Positions 18,446 through 30,300 of a DNA stretch of 64,000 nt are shown piece after piece. Location of the stretch: the IMG/VR virus record IMGVR_UViG_3300028045_000001, positions 175,961 to 239,960 of that record; one strand, 5' to 3'. The notes below the pieces were generated by a model that saw nothing but the letters and a program-made list of their open reading frames with translations, was not told the origin of the DNA and ran no database searches. A program made the translations under genes and the position numbers. Positions within the stretch are counted from its first letter, which is position 1. The number at the start of each line of letters is the position of its first letter.

Positions 18446-21400
18446 ATGTCTGATGAAATATTTGGGGACGACACCTCGGGCGATGACGTCATGTTTGATT
18501 TCGAGGACGATCTTACTGACGACCGTAAAGCGGTCAGCTTACCAAAGGCCATTACAAAAACAGCGTTTCAGGGTTTAACAAAAGGATCCACCGCTGGAAT
18601 ACGTGCCGGTATATCGAATGTTCTTCCAGAAGTAGGTGCCGTTGCTGCAGATTTTATCAGTGAAAAAGACAATGCATTACAGACCATAACTGACGTTCAA
18701 GACGAAGGTTCAGAAGCCTTCTTGTCGATTAAAAAAACTACTGAGAAACTCCTGCCGAGAGCTAAGAGCTTTATACCTAAGCGGATATACGATGTGATGA
18801 GTGACTTCGCTACATCTTATGAGCCTGAAGTCGATTCCGCAGCAGAGGTAACGGAAGAAGATCAGCGGGAACTTGATATAGCTGATCGATTGGCTACTAT
18901 CTTTTCCATAAAAGCCGAACAAGAAAGAGATTTAGCAGTAACCGAAAATCTGGAAACTAATATAAGCAGACAGTTAGACTTAAACATGCATAGTTCTAGG
19001 ATGAGTGTCGCCAAACAAACAGCATTCTCACTTAGAAATATAGCGGACTTTTCGTACAACCAAACAATGGCATACATGAAAGAATCTTTGTATGCTAAAT
19101 GGCGACATATTTATATCTCCAAAGATATTCTTAGCTCTATCAAAATACTTACTGGAATGAGTGAGAAGAATCTAAGAATTATATCTAAGAATACTGGATT
19201 GCCCGATATACAAAAGAAACGGTTATTAGAGTCACTTAAAGAAACTTCTGTTGGTGGCCTATCCTCCTCAATAAGTGGAAAAGTAAGTGGGTATGCCGGT
19301 AGAGTGTTGTCTAAATTAAAAGATGATGCACTGTCCCCAGGCATAGAACTTATGGGCGGGATAGCCGATGCAGGCGACGCTACAAATGAGCTACTTGAAA
19401 TGCAGGACTCCATGAGGGACATGGGCGACGACGACGGTGGGCTGGCTGGAATGGCAGCTGGAGCTGGAGCCGGTGGGATCGGATCGTTGTTGGGTAGATC
19501 ATTTATAAGTAAGAAATTGCAAGAAATTTTTGATACAAGATCTCTAAATGAAACTGTAGGTAACATAAAAACCAAGGGGATATTGGGGTTAGGGGATATT
19601 GCAGAACGAGGTGGGCTAATTGGAACGCTGGCTGCAAGCTTACCTGGATTGTCTGAGGAAAGTAACATACTCAAAGCCAAAGAAGAGGTGGACGACGGCG
19701 GTGTTCGTCTTGCTACAGTGGAGGTTATCCCTGGACTGCTAAGTAGAATACTGCAAGAAATAAATGCGCTAAGAATTGGAGAGGTTAGTGAGTTACAAGT
19801 TTATGATCCAAAGGCATCGGAATTTGTAGATGCAAGTGAACGTAAGCAACGTATGGTCACTCAGATATTCGGTGATAGAGACATACGGGCAGAACGAGCA
19901 GCAGATGCGATCGGTACTCTGAAAGCAGCGTTCCTTCAATCAAAAGACGACGATATCGATATAGAGGAATTCGATGATCTTAGTTTAGATATGGCCAGAG
20001 TAGCAAATAATATGGCCCATAGTGAGACCCTACTTAAGCCAAAGAAATTAATTGAGTACAATGAAGACCCATCAAATGTTAGTTTCTATATGAGTAAACT
20101 TATAGATGGGGTAGAGAATCCAGAAGAAGTTGTTAATACTATCCTACAATCTGTGACCGATGGGACAGGGGATATCTTAAAATCGACCGTAGGCATATTC
20201 AATAATAAAATTATTAATATGATGAATCGAGCTTCGCATCTTGATCTAATACAGAAGATGTGGGACAGTGAGTCCGGCGAGGTAATGAAAGACTTGCGGG
20301 ATACGTCCGGTAAGATAAGTCAAAAATTTATATCAGAAAGTTTTTCCGATATTGATAAAGAGACCTTCGCCAAACAAACAACCAATCGGGTTGAATTGCT
20401 GTCTAAAGAAATAGAAGGTTCAGTTGCTAACAAGAATAAAGTAAAACATAGCGTACGATCCACTGCCCTTAAAGGGGCCGAATTGGTAATGTCAGACGAT
20501 AGGTTTGAGAGTTTCTTTCTTGAACATATTAGAAACAGTGAGTTTAAAAAAGAAGCTGCCGATATAATCGATGCCGTTAATTCCGATCCAGACATACTTG
20601 GAAGAGATAGATTTAAAGTAATACGGGATCGCATAGAGCAAGTAATCGACGCCAAGTATCCATCTTCTCCTGGCATAAAAGAAAGTCTCGGGAGAGCGTT
20701 GGATGGATTGAAGTTGGCACCGACCTACATTAAGGGGGCCGTCAAGCGAGTGATCTCTCCTTCTTATGCTAAAATGATAAGTGGCATAAGTGAAGAAGTC
20801 TTGCAGACTTCAGTTAGAGACATAGTCAATTCCGTATTACTTGACCAGACTATTCCAGTTAAGGATCAGATCAACGCGATACGTTCCAGAGTTACTGAAT
20901 TGTTAAGTCAGGATATATATCGAGAAGATCGTCCAAGACTCACAAGAGAGTTCGATGTAGCTTTACGAAAAATACGTCTTTCTTCTTATGACGACGAGGG
21001 CCAGTTGAAGGAGCACTCTCGTAATATATTTGATAAATCCGACCCTATCAACGTTGTTCTTGATAGGACCCAACGTGAGAACGAAGCAAAATTAAACGAA
21101 GAGTACGATAATGTACTGTCCGGTATGTCTGTAGTAGTGGAGGAATCCATTGCTGCTATAAATGAAAAACTTAACACCGCCGCTGATGGGATCAAAGATA
21201 GGGTAGCTCAAGCAGATGACAAGTATGGAGTTAGCGAACGAGTACATTCCATTAAAGATGTTGTACGCAATAGAGTTGACCAACTTAAGGACAATGTAAA
21301 AGATAGCAGTGAGGCAGTCGACGAGTCCATTACAAATGCAGCTTCTGAGAATGAACTTGCTCCCGAAGCAGATTCATTTGCAGCTGTGGATAAATTGTTG

Positions 21401-24400
21401 GAAGATTCAAGAAATATAAACGAGCAGATTGCAGAACTCAAAGATAAGTTAGGTATAGATAAGCTCATTCCGGCCGTCGGTTCCACCATCAAGGAACTGC
21501 GGGGCATATTGCATGTTACAACGGAAGACCTCGAAGTGTCCGACGATGATAAAGTCGTCGATGCGATGGAGATAGTCCAACCGACTTCAATAGAACTTCC
21601 GCAAAGACTAACAGACTTTTTAACAACAGTCGCGAAAAAAACTGAGGACATAAAAGAGAACGTAATTCAGCCGGCACAGGAGCAGGCACGGACTCGAGTT
21701 CAGAGTATGAAAGACTTCTTATCCACTACAGTTAGTGTAGAGGACACTGGAAATGAGATAGCTGGATTTGTTCGTGAGATTGCAGAGACTGTCGCTGAAC
21801 ATGGAGAGCCCGATCTAACTCAAGGAGAAGAAACAGAAACAGCCGTAGATCACCTCAGTAGTGTAAAGGATACAAATGAGAAAATAGTTAGCATCCTATC
21901 CGAAAGTAGTGATAGTCGGGGCGGTAGAGAGCTTCTTGATAGTGTTCTTCAAATACAGAAGAACGTTATGACGTTGTCCTCCAAAGAACATACTCTTGAG
22001 TGGAAGGATGCGCTAAAGGAAGTTCATTATAGTTCAGAGAATCCAATTGTATCTGGCCTAAATGAAATTGTACATAGATTGAATACCCTGAATGAAACCT
22101 TTACAGGTAGTGAACAACTCACATCGCAAGATGGAGATGGTACTTCTCCTAAATCTAAGAAACGTGGGGTATTTGGTATCATGCAGGATGGGTTTAACTC
22201 TGTTGGATCCATTGCGGCGGCAGGGGCTAAAGGATATGCCTCTCTATATGGCAACTTAATTAAATCAAGTGGATCTGCTGCTGGATCGATACTCGAAGGT
22301 GGTGGGAACCTACTCGGCAAAGCAGGTGAATTAGCCGGCAAAGCATTACCTGGCGCATTCAATATGTACAAAGATGTTCTAACAGGAACCATCGGTGCCA
22401 CTACAACAGGTGCATCTAAAATACTTGGCTCAGTTTTTGGAAGAGGAGGGAAAGTCGAGCCATTTGTAAATGTATACCTTAAGGATAGTATAGACCCAGG
22501 CAATCCGCTGTTATCAAAGAGGCTGCAGAAAAAAGGAGTCTTCTTTGAGGATGGGAGTGAACTAGAAGCATCAGATGAAATAACGGAACCTATCTTTAAT
22601 ACCGATGGAGAAGTTCTTGTAACTGAGGAAGATATCGATACTGGACTTGTGGACGTAGATAATAACCCATTAGGAACAAAATCAGTATTTGATAAAGTTA
22701 CAACGAAGGGCGGAGGAACAATCGGCAAACTCTTTGGTGGGCTAAAAGACATCGGAGGCTTACTCGCCGGAAAAGCGTTACCCGCGTATTACAAAGGTAT
22801 ATTTGGATTGGGATCATCCTTGGTTAAGGGCGGAACCGATATGGTCTCTGGACTGTTCGGTGTCCGGTCCAATAAAAAGGATCTCGAGACCATCGTAGGA
22901 ACTAGGCTGGACGCGATCTTAGATATAATAGACACACGTACAGAGACCATTATAGAGTCCATGAAAAAGGATGAAACAAAATCTATATTCGGTGATACAG
23001 ATGGCGATGGCGACGTAGAGGGCTCGTACAAGGATAGACTTGGAAAAACTAAATCGAAGTCTAAGACTTCATCAGAAGTAAGGAACGCTATTGCCCGCAA
23101 AACAAACATAACCCAGAAAAAACCTGGCATTGCGGCTAAGGCTGGTATATTGAGTTCGATAGCTGGTGGTGCTGGATACTTAGCGAGGAGTGCTGGTCGT
23201 AAGTTGGGACTCAGTGATAAACAAAGCGAAGTTGCTGGGTTAGCCGGTGGTGGGACAGCGATGGGCGTAGCCGGACTTGGTGCAACTGGGGTCGGACGCA
23301 AGGCGATGACTACCGTTGGTAGACAATTAGGGAAGACTGCTCTTTCAATCGGAGGGCGAGTACTCGCTACTGGTGCTGCAACTGGCATGGGAAGTGCAGC
23401 TATGGGTGGACTGGCTACAGCTGGCGGGGCATTGGCAACAGGTGCCGCTTCTATAGCTGCTTCTCCAGTGTTGTTGGCTGGTCTTGCTGCTGCTGGCGTT
23501 GGGGCTGTCGGGTATGGTCTCTATAAGCATTTAACTAAGGACAAAAGTATTAAAGAAGGCAATGATCTTGCACGACTCATGGTCGATCAAGGATTCATGC
23601 ATGATGGAATAGGTTGGGCAGATTGGGATCTTACAGAAGAAGGCGAAGAAGCGATCCAAATGAGCTTCGATAAAAAAGAATTAGAAATTCTAATGAAATC
23701 GGATAAGATTTCTGATGAAGCTAAGGAATATATACAAGCTCGTTTGGATAATTGGGAAGCTATCATACGTCTAAGAAAAAAAAGTGACCCTAACCGTAAG
23801 ATCAGTAGTAAGGTAGATGATATTACAAAGGCCAGTGATGAAAAGATTAAAGACCGTGAGGAGAGTGGCGAATTTAAAGGGAAGATAAAAGCAGCATTAA
23901 AGGAAAGTGCTATATTCGCTTTGGGTCCCACTGCAGTAGCGGCAGCTGGAATATATAAATATTTTTCTAGAGGAGACGAAGTAAAAAACGCTAACGAATT
24001 TGCGAGGAAGATGGTGGATTCTGGACTTCTTCATGATGGCTGGGGCTGGGCAGATTGGAGTTTAACGGAAGATGGCAAAGAAGCCGTGTCGACAACATTC
24101 ACAATTGAAGAGCTTAAGCTACTCATTGACTCCGATCAAATTGATGATGATGCTAAGGAATTTATACAGGCGCAGCTTGATAAATTGGAGTTAAAATCAG
24201 CCAAGAGATTAGATCCGAAGAAGATCAAACTATCTAATTTAAACAAAACATATGTGAACGAATCAGGGGCAATTGATCCGTTTAAAGTTCCAGTGAATAA
24301 GGATATCATTGGTGCGGATCGAGTTCCTAACTCTTTATCTTTTAATGATCCAAGTAATACGTCTGTATACGGCCAAGCCACTGTTGCGGCGAATGATGCA

Positions 24401-24700
24401 ACTATAAAAGAACAACCAATTGTAGTTAACACTAACACCGACAATACTGAACTTATAAATGCAATAAGGGAACAAACCTCGGTGATGTCCGGCAAACTTG
24501 GCAACATAGCAGACAATACTTTAGAAGCGGCCAATAAAGAGATCAAGGTCGATGTTCTTGTACCGGCCGATAACGGATCAAAGAATCCAGTACCCCCACA
24601 GGTGGGGATACATGAGATAGATAAGACTACTTCTAAAGTAGTTAGAACACAAACTCTCTCTACCATGAAGGAGGCGGCCACGCCTCCATTGTTCAGCTAA
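18446..24700 (+). CDS. Large tail-associated/tape-measure-like protein (phiKZ gp181-like)
   Basis: About 2084 aa, helical, with Gly/Ala-rich hydrophobic stretches and a DTDGDGD motif; sits next to the vRNAP beta' gene and a lysozyme gene, as gp181 does. Confidence 0.7.
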   Translation: MSDEIFGDDTSGDDVMFDFEDDLTDDRKAVSLPKAITKTAFQGLTKGSTAGIRAGISNVLPEVGAVAADFISEKDNALQTITDVQDEGSEAFLSIKKTTEKLLPRAKSFIPKRIYDVMSDFATSYEPEVDSAAEVTEEDQRELDIADRLATIFSIKAEQERDLAVTENLETNISRQLDLNMHSSRMSVAKQTAFSLRNIADFSYNQTMAYMKESLYAKWRHIYISKDILSSIKILTGMSEKNLRIISKNTGLPDIQKKRLLESLKETSVGGLSSSISGKVSGYAGRVLSKLKDDALSPGIELMGGIADAGDATNELLEMQDSMRDMGDDDGGLAGMAAGAGAGGIGSLLGRSFISKKLQEIFDTRSLNETVGNIKTKGILGLGDIAERGGLIGTLAASLPGLSEESNILKAKEEVDDGGVRLATVEVIPGLLSRILQEINALRIGEVSELQVYDPKASEFVDASERKQRMVTQIFGDRDIRAERAADAIGTLKAAFLQSKDDDIDIEEFDDLSLDMARVANNMAHSETLLKPKKLIEYNEDPSNVSFYMSKLIDGVENPEEVVNTILQSVTDGTGDILKSTVGIFNNKIINMMNRASHLDLIQKMWDSESGEVMKDLRDTSGKISQKFISESFSDIDKETFAKQTTNRVELLSKEIEGSVANKNKVKHSVRSTALKGAELVMSDDRFESFFLEHIRNSEFKKEAADIIDAVNSDPDILGRDRFKVIRDRIEQVIDAKYPSSPGIKESLGRALDGLKLAPTYIKGAVKRVISPSYAKMISGISEEVLQTSVRDIVNSVLLDQTIPVKDQINAIRSRVTELLSQDIYREDRPRLTREFDVALRKIRLSSYDDEGQLKEHSRNIFDKSDPINVVLDRTQRENEAKLNEEYDNVLSGMSVVVEESIAAINEKLNTAADGIKDRVAQADDKYGVSERVHSIKDVVRNRVDQLKDNVKDSSEAVDESITNAASENELAPEADSFAAVDKLLEDSRNINEQIAELKDKLGIDKLIPAVGSTIKELRGILHVTTEDLEVSDDDKVVDAMEIVQPTSIELPQRLTDFLTTVAKKTEDIKENVIQPAQEQARTRVQSMKDFLSTTVSVEDTGNEIAGFVREIAETVAEHGEPDLTQGEETETAVDHLSSVKDTNEKIVSILSESSDSRGGRELLDSVLQIQKNVMTLSSKEHTLEWKDALKEVHYSSENPIVSGLNEIVHRLNTLNETFTGSEQLTSQDGDGTSPKSKKRGVFGIMQDGFNSVGSIAAAGAKGYASLYGNLIKSSGSAAGSILEGGGNLLGKAGELAGKALPGAFNMYKDVLTGTIGATTTGASKILGSVFGRGGKVEPFVNVYLKDSIDPGNPLLSKRLQKKGVFFEDGSELEASDEITEPIFNTDGEVLVTEEDIDTGLVDVDNNPLGTKSVFDKVTTKGGGTIGKLFGGLKDIGGLLAGKALPAYYKGIFGLGSSLVKGGTDMVSGLFGVRSNKKDLETIVGTRLDAILDIIDTRTETIIESMKKDETKSIFGDTDGDGDVEGSYKDRLGKTKSKSKTSSEVRNAIARKTNITQKKPGIAAKAGILSSIAGGAGYLARSAGRKLGLSDKQSEVAGLAGGGTAMGVAGLGATGVGRKAMTTVGRQLGKTALSIGGRVLATGAATGMGSAAMGGLATAGGALATGAASIAASPVLLAGLAAAGVGAVGYGLYKHLTKDKSIKEGNDLARLMVDQGFMHDGIGWADWDLTEEGEEAIQMSFDKKELEILMKSDKISDEAKEYIQARLDNWEAIIRLRKKSDPNRKISSKVDDITKASDEKIKDREESGEFKGKIKAALKESAIFALGPTAVAAAGIYKYFSRGDEVKNANEFARKMVDSGLLHDGWGWADWSLTEDGKEAVSTTFTIEELKLLIDSDQIDDDAKEFIQAQLDKLELKSAKRLDPKKIKLSNLNKTYVNESGAIDPFKVPVNKDIIGADRVPNSLSFNDPSNTSVYGQATVAANDATIKEQPIVVNTNTDNTELINAIREQTSVMSGKLGNIADNTLEAANKEIKVDVLVPADNGSKNPVPPQVGIHEIDKTTSKVVRTQTLSTMKEAATPPLFS

Positions 24701-24707
24701 CCAAGGT

Positions 24708-24741
24708 ACCAGTTGCACTACAATACATCGGTGCAACTGGT
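24708..24741 (+). terminator. Stem-loop, 11-bp stem, 12-nt loop
   Basis: accagttgcac-N12-gtgcaactggt. Confidence 0.45.
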
Positions 24742-24770
24742 GCATTCAACTATAGACAGGAGAATACAAC

Positions 24771-25415
24771 ATGATTGCGAAGAATGAAAATAAGTACATA
24801 GCTATGCTTTCAATTGCTGGATATGAGGGGTGTCGACTATCTAAATACAAGGACACAAAAGGTTATTGGACAATAGGATTTGGTCACCTTATACTGGAAG
24901 GTGAATCATACAACAAAAAATTATCTTTTTCTGCAGCAGATCATTTGTTTGAACAGGATTTCGAAACATGCATGGAAGCTGCCACATCTGTTCCTAACTA
25001 TAGTGAGCTAAACGATGCCAGAAAGATCGCGATCTTAAACATCGTCTACAATATGGGAGCCCCAGGATTTATAAAGAAATTTCCATCATGCATTAGAGCT
25101 ATAAAAAACCTTAACTTTAAGGAGGCTGCCGCTCAATTACTATGTGGGAGCTCTAAAAATGTTAAAAGTAAGTATTTAAAGGAGGTTGGCCAAAGGGCAT
25201 TGGATGTGGCTAAGTTATTGGAGTCGGGTAAGCTTGAGGATGTGGTCATCAATGAGGTCAACTATGGACCGGATGGCGCTAGGAAATCTAAGTCCTACTT
25301 CTGGGAACATCTGAATGTAAATAAGCCAAAGTACACTGAACGGGTAACTGCGTCGCTTCCAAAGGACCTGTATGTCGCACTGGTTGCAAGTGGAGCAGAT
25401 GTATTAAAAGCATAA
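24771..25415 (+). CDS. Phage lysozyme (GH24, T4-lysozyme-like)
   Basis: YEG...YKDTKGYWTIGFGHL carries the E-x8-D-x5-T catalytic pattern; VYNMG motif. Confidence 0.88.
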   Translation: MIAKNENKYIAMLSIAGYEGCRLSKYKDTKGYWTIGFGHLILEGESYNKKLSFSAADHLFEQDFETCMEAATSVPNYSELNDARKIAILNIVYNMGAPGFIKKFPSCIRAIKNLNFKEAAAQLLCGSSKNVKSKYLKEVGQRALDVAKLLESGKLEDVVINEVNYGPDGARKSKSYFWEHLNVNKPKYTERVTASLPKDLYVALVASGADVLKA

Positions 25416-25442
25416 CATCATATCTGCAATGGGGTGAACCAT

Positions 25443-27290
25443 ATGAGTTCGAATATTATATTGAGGGACAATGATCCATCTTGGGTCAAGAACCCAACGG
25501 CCATTCGCATAGGCGAGGAATTCAGTAAGCTGAGTGATATGATGGCTAACATTATGCGGGATGATGATGGGAACCGTGAGGCCAGCGCGGAAAATTTAAA
25601 ATCATTAATAGAGAGTCTCCCTAAATCATTCTTTAGACATACTTACCAATCATCAGAGCCAGGTGGGAATGATGCTATGAATCCTGTCTGGCAATTTTGT
25701 GAGTACGATGATGTTCCAGCTCAATTGTCAGATAACGGAGTTCCAGGGGAAGGAGTTGGTAGAGTTTACGACGATATGTATAATCGTAATCAGCAGATAT
25801 TGTGGATGACTTTTGGGGTACCTCAATACAGTGACCCTACGACATTCTTTTCTGAAGCCGCTTCTTCTGGATTGTCACATCTAATGAATACTGGAGAACA
25901 AAGTATCCCGGGTACATTAGGGAGACTATTAGGCAAGACGCTTAATGTAGCATTTAAAATTCCACTTTATCCAATCATATGGATACAAGATTTAGGAAAG
26001 GCTATGGCCGGAAAGGAGCAGACGATCACTGAGTACTGCTCGTTAAAAAATACTCAATTATTGTACCTTAAGGGAGTTAACTCATTACTCACTCCACTTG
26101 CGGTATCATTAGGCATACTGCCTAATGGTATAGAAGGGGACGCAGTGTCCAGTACTGGTGCAAGTGGCTCGGAAGTTACACTTAAGGAAAGATATGATGC
26201 TTCCGGGCTTCCGGGAATAATGAAGCATGGGCCAGATATATTGTCCATAATGACGAGCAAGGCTCGAAGGCGAAAGAGTGCAGATAGCTCAGTCTTAAGC
26301 ACAGATCAAATATACGAAGAGTTGATGGCGGACAAAGCTATTAAAAAAGAACCTACTGCTGCAGATAAGTTTGCAGATGCCCTCGCTGTATCGGCCTTAG
26401 ATGGAGCTCAATATATAGGGTTTCGTGTAGAGAAAGGTTCCGTTCCAACAGAGACTTTCTCTAACACGGCTGGTCCATCTGCCATGGCATCTACTCTTAA
26501 CAACGTTAGCAAGAGTAAAAAAGATAAGAAGTTCATGTTGAGTGGATTGAAGGAAGGCGATGGAATACTTGGTGCGCTTGCATCTGTAGTAACTGGTGCC
26601 ACTGATTTTGCAGCCAAAGCTATATCAGAACTGACGGGGTTTGCTGGAGCAGTTGAGCTGGCTTCCGGCAATGGATACTTTGCATTACCGGAAATGTATT
26701 TGGATAGTAAGTTTTCAACCTCATTTAGTATGAGTTTGCAACTGAGGGCCAGAGCAGGAGATCCTGTAAGTGTGTTCCAATCGGTATATATTCCACTATG
26801 TTGTTGGATCGCAGCTGTGTCCCCAAGAGCCATAGGGGCCAACATGTACACTTCCCCATTCCTGTTTAGAGCATATAGCAAAGGCCAAGTATCAATACCA
26901 TTTGGATTAGTTGAGTCATTAAGTATTAAACGTGGAGTTGGTGAGTTTGGATGGAGTCGACAGATGCTACCAACAGCAATAGATTTGGATATATCTTTAA
27001 GGAACTTGAACCCTGCGCTGTTTATGACAATAGGTGGGGACAATACTTTGATGCAGCAGATCTTCGCTAAGAACTCCGGCATGTCTGAGTACTTGACCAC
27101 TTTATCTGGGATAGGATTATATGACCGGGAAAGTGTCAAATCGCGCATGGCATTAAAATTCAACACAATGTTGCAGACGCTTAAGCTCAAGCATAGTCCA
27201 ACTCACTACGGTATGGGATTAGGTGATACTACCATCGCTAAACTCGTAGCAGCAGTCGGTCCGTGGAAAATGAAGGTACCTAGAAATTAG
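25443..27290 (+). CDS. Putative tail/baseplate structural protein (phiKZ gp182-like position)
   Basis: About 615 aa with GGNDAMNP-x-WQF and AQYIGFRV motifs; follows the gp181-like gene and lysozyme. Confidence 0.55.
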   Translation: MSSNIILRDNDPSWVKNPTAIRIGEEFSKLSDMMANIMRDDDGNREASAENLKSLIESLPKSFFRHTYQSSEPGGNDAMNPVWQFCEYDDVPAQLSDNGVPGEGVGRVYDDMYNRNQQILWMTFGVPQYSDPTTFFSEAASSGLSHLMNTGEQSIPGTLGRLLGKTLNVAFKIPLYPIIWIQDLGKAMAGKEQTITEYCSLKNTQLLYLKGVNSLLTPLAVSLGILPNGIEGDAVSSTGASGSEVTLKERYDASGLPGIMKHGPDILSIMTSKARRRKSADSSVLSTDQIYEELMADKAIKKEPTAADKFADALAVSALDGAQYIGFRVEKGSVPTETFSNTAGPSAMASTLNNVSKSKKDKKFMLSGLKEGDGILGALASVVTGATDFAAKAISELTGFAGAVELASGNGYFALPEMYLDSKFSTSFSMSLQLRARAGDPVSVFQSVYIPLCCWIAAVSPRAIGANMYTSPFLFRAYSKGQVSIPFGLVESLSIKRGVGEFGWSRQMLPTAIDLDISLRNLNPALFMTIGGDNTLMQQIFAKNSGMSEYLTTLSGIGLYDRESVKSRMALKFNTMLQTLKLKHSPTHYGMGLGDTTIAKLVAAVGPWKMKVPRN

Positions 27291-27291
27291 C

Positions 27292-27323
27292 TTATAGTCT
27301 GCCCTACGTAGGGCAGACTATAA
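27292..27323. repeat. Perfect 32-bp palindrome, no spacer
   Basis: ttatagtctgccctac|gtagggcagactataa. Confidence 0.9.
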
Positions 27324-27398
27324 AAAATACAATAATGATATTATATATCAAAAGAATTCTTAAATCAAATGTATAACTTTTTTAATTGAGAGGTTGCA

Positions 27399-30300
27399 AT
27401 GTTAAAATACCCCCAATTTTATAGAAAATATGGCGTTTATAATTCGTCTGGATTTAAAACAATAATTACTCATAGAGAGGGACAACTAACAGAACTCCCA
27501 ATGGATTCAAGGCTACATATATTTGATAGTGTCTATAACTATACTAAAAACTATACTGTGGCGTTTGATATGAATCAGCCTTACTTCGGGAAGAAGAAGT
27601 TTGGAGTCTACAACATCCATAACACTTCGGCTGGGATCATTCCAAAAGATACTAAGCTTCAGTTCCCAACAAAAGATTTAAAACTTAAAACATTGGAGTT
27701 TGCAAACACTAATAAATCGAGATTCATTACTATCCCGGATGATCGTAAAATAGATAGCACTATGCCTATGAATTTAGTGGTTATTAATTACAACGCTTTA
27801 TCTAGAGTTAGGTTGATGGGTAAATTTATAGAGCAGAGACTTGTTGAACTGTTTTTAACAGAAGCAGTGAACCGAATAAATAAGTACAATGGGAACCATT
27901 TCGTATATGTCCCACTCGATACTATGACTTTTGTGCAGCAAGATTTTACAAGAACATATAAGGCATTTGTACCAGTCAGTTTTAAGTATACAACTAACGT
28001 ACAGTATATTCTAACGGTGCATATATTGAACTTGCTTAACATAGATTCGATTAATGGTACACTAAGTAAGTTACCTCCACACAAATATGACAGCGTTACA
28101 TTCATATTTAATGTTGGAGACAAATACGTGTATTACAATCTTGGAGAGATCTTTAAACTAAATGAAAAGAATAAAGCTTTCTTGCAGATTCAACGTCAAT
28201 TTAATGACTTAAGCGTGGCAGGAAGACCTACTGCGACAAAAGATCTAACCGCCATAGACCCAGAAAAAAATATAGATGCTCGTAGTTGCGATGTCCTGGT
28301 TGATGCGTTATCAGATTCTAAAACTGAAGTAACTCCAACCATTATAGATAGTGTTGCTGAAGTTGATCTCGCTGGGGAAATAGCTATCGAGCGGAGTAAG
28401 GAGCGCCTAACTACCAAACAATATGCGAAATTGAAAAAAATTTCAGTTAAGTATAAGGACGTTGTTTTAGAAAAGGGGTCCGGGGAAACCCTAGAGGCAA
28501 TATTAAATACTCCTATAGAACAAACCAATACCCTCGACATAGCGAACTTGGATTATTTAAAAGATGTCGTTCCAGACCAATCTATGTTGAGTACTTCGAT
28601 ACTGACTTCAAGAATACAGTATATGCAAAAGGCCTTTAAAAAAGATCTTGCCGGGACACTAACTGATTTTTCTAAGAATGGTTTGTTTCTAGTTGGGATT
28701 GAAAAGAATGAGGCACGTACAGAACTATCCAGAATAGATCATTATTCTGTGACATATGTTAACGAGAGGCAAGAGCAAACGACTATAAAATTTCATCTCC
28801 CTCATGTTGACAAAGATGGCGATATACTGGTCAACGGGATTAAGATGCGCTTGCGTTATCAAAATATAACAAAGCCTATATGTAAAATATCCAAGGACAC
28901 TGTTTCTTTATCATCAAACAATAACAAGGCTTTAGTGCAAAGACACCGGACAAAGGCCACGACATTCAATGAACACTTATTGAAGCATATCGTTAAACGG
29001 GGCGAAGATAAGATAAATCTTATATACGGGGTAGTTGCACCTATAGGTGACGTTCGGGCAAAGTTGCCGTATGAGTATACTTCACTTTCAGAAAAAATTA
29101 CTCAGATGCAAATTAAAGATCCGAAAATGGGGTCTGCTGAAATCGAGTTTAATTTTGAGTATACCGACCGGCTTCATGGGCTAACTGACAAAACTTCTAA
29201 GTTTGTAGAAAAGTTCGAGGAAGACAACAATACGGTGTATCTGGGTGGAAACACCACTACCCTATTTTTTATTGAGATCCAAGGGAAACTTTCTATCATA
29301 GACGTAAAAACCCTGGCAGTAATTCCAAACTCCCCAGATACATTACTGGACTACATATATGGCGTAGTAGGGCCACCATCAAAGCCACTTGCCAATTGGG
29401 TTGACTTGAGAATCCTCAGTAAAGATTTCCCAATGATTTTTATACTTGGATATAGATTTGGATTATCAAAGATATTGAAGTATCTAAATATAGATTACGC
29501 AGAATTCCCAAAAGGAGTCCGAGTTGTTGCCAAAGATCGATCCGACGTCATAATTGCTTTCCAGGATAAGTCCATAGTATTTAAACGATCGCCGTTAGCT
29601 AAATCGCTATTTTCTAATGGACTGAGATGGATGGATCTAAGGAAGTATTATTTTGAGGACATGGATGATCCACAAAAATATATCAATATATTACTTGATA
29701 AAAAAATTGGACCGCATTATTTGAGGGGCATCAGCAATTTCTTTGAAATGTTCTTAGACTACAAAACAAAAGAGGTTCTTTCGCAGATGGGAGAGCCAAC
29801 CAACATGTTAGACTTACTTGTAAGGGCTACCACTATGTTGGTCGATCAACAACACTTACCTCCAGCCAGTGTTGAGAATTTTAGAACGAGAACATACGAG
29901 AAATTCATCGATGTAATATATAACGAAATGAGTAGAGCACTTGGGCAACAAAAATATGCTGGACATCTAAGTAAGGAGAAGTTCACTATAAATCCCAATG
30001 CTGTATTTAATTCGGTTATGTCGGACACCCTCATGGATAATGTCTCAACGATAAATCCGATACATCAGGTTAAGATGGATTCTGCTTTCTCATACACTGG
30101 GATAGGCGGCAGGGATCAACAGTCGTTTGTTCACAGGGACAGACAATTTCCAGAGGACGGCGTGGGCGTTATATCTGAAGCAACTGTCGATAGTGGTAGG
30201 GTTGCCCTTAATTCCTGCTTCAGTCAAAATCCCAGTATAACTAATAACAATGGAATAATTAAACCAGTTGATTTAGATGAAGTTGAACCTGGACAGATGT

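Noticed and set aside
18710-24681. Many minus-strand ORFs of 60-240 aa within the large tail gene
   Set aside because: Antisense shadows with Ser/Pro-biased composition and no motifs.
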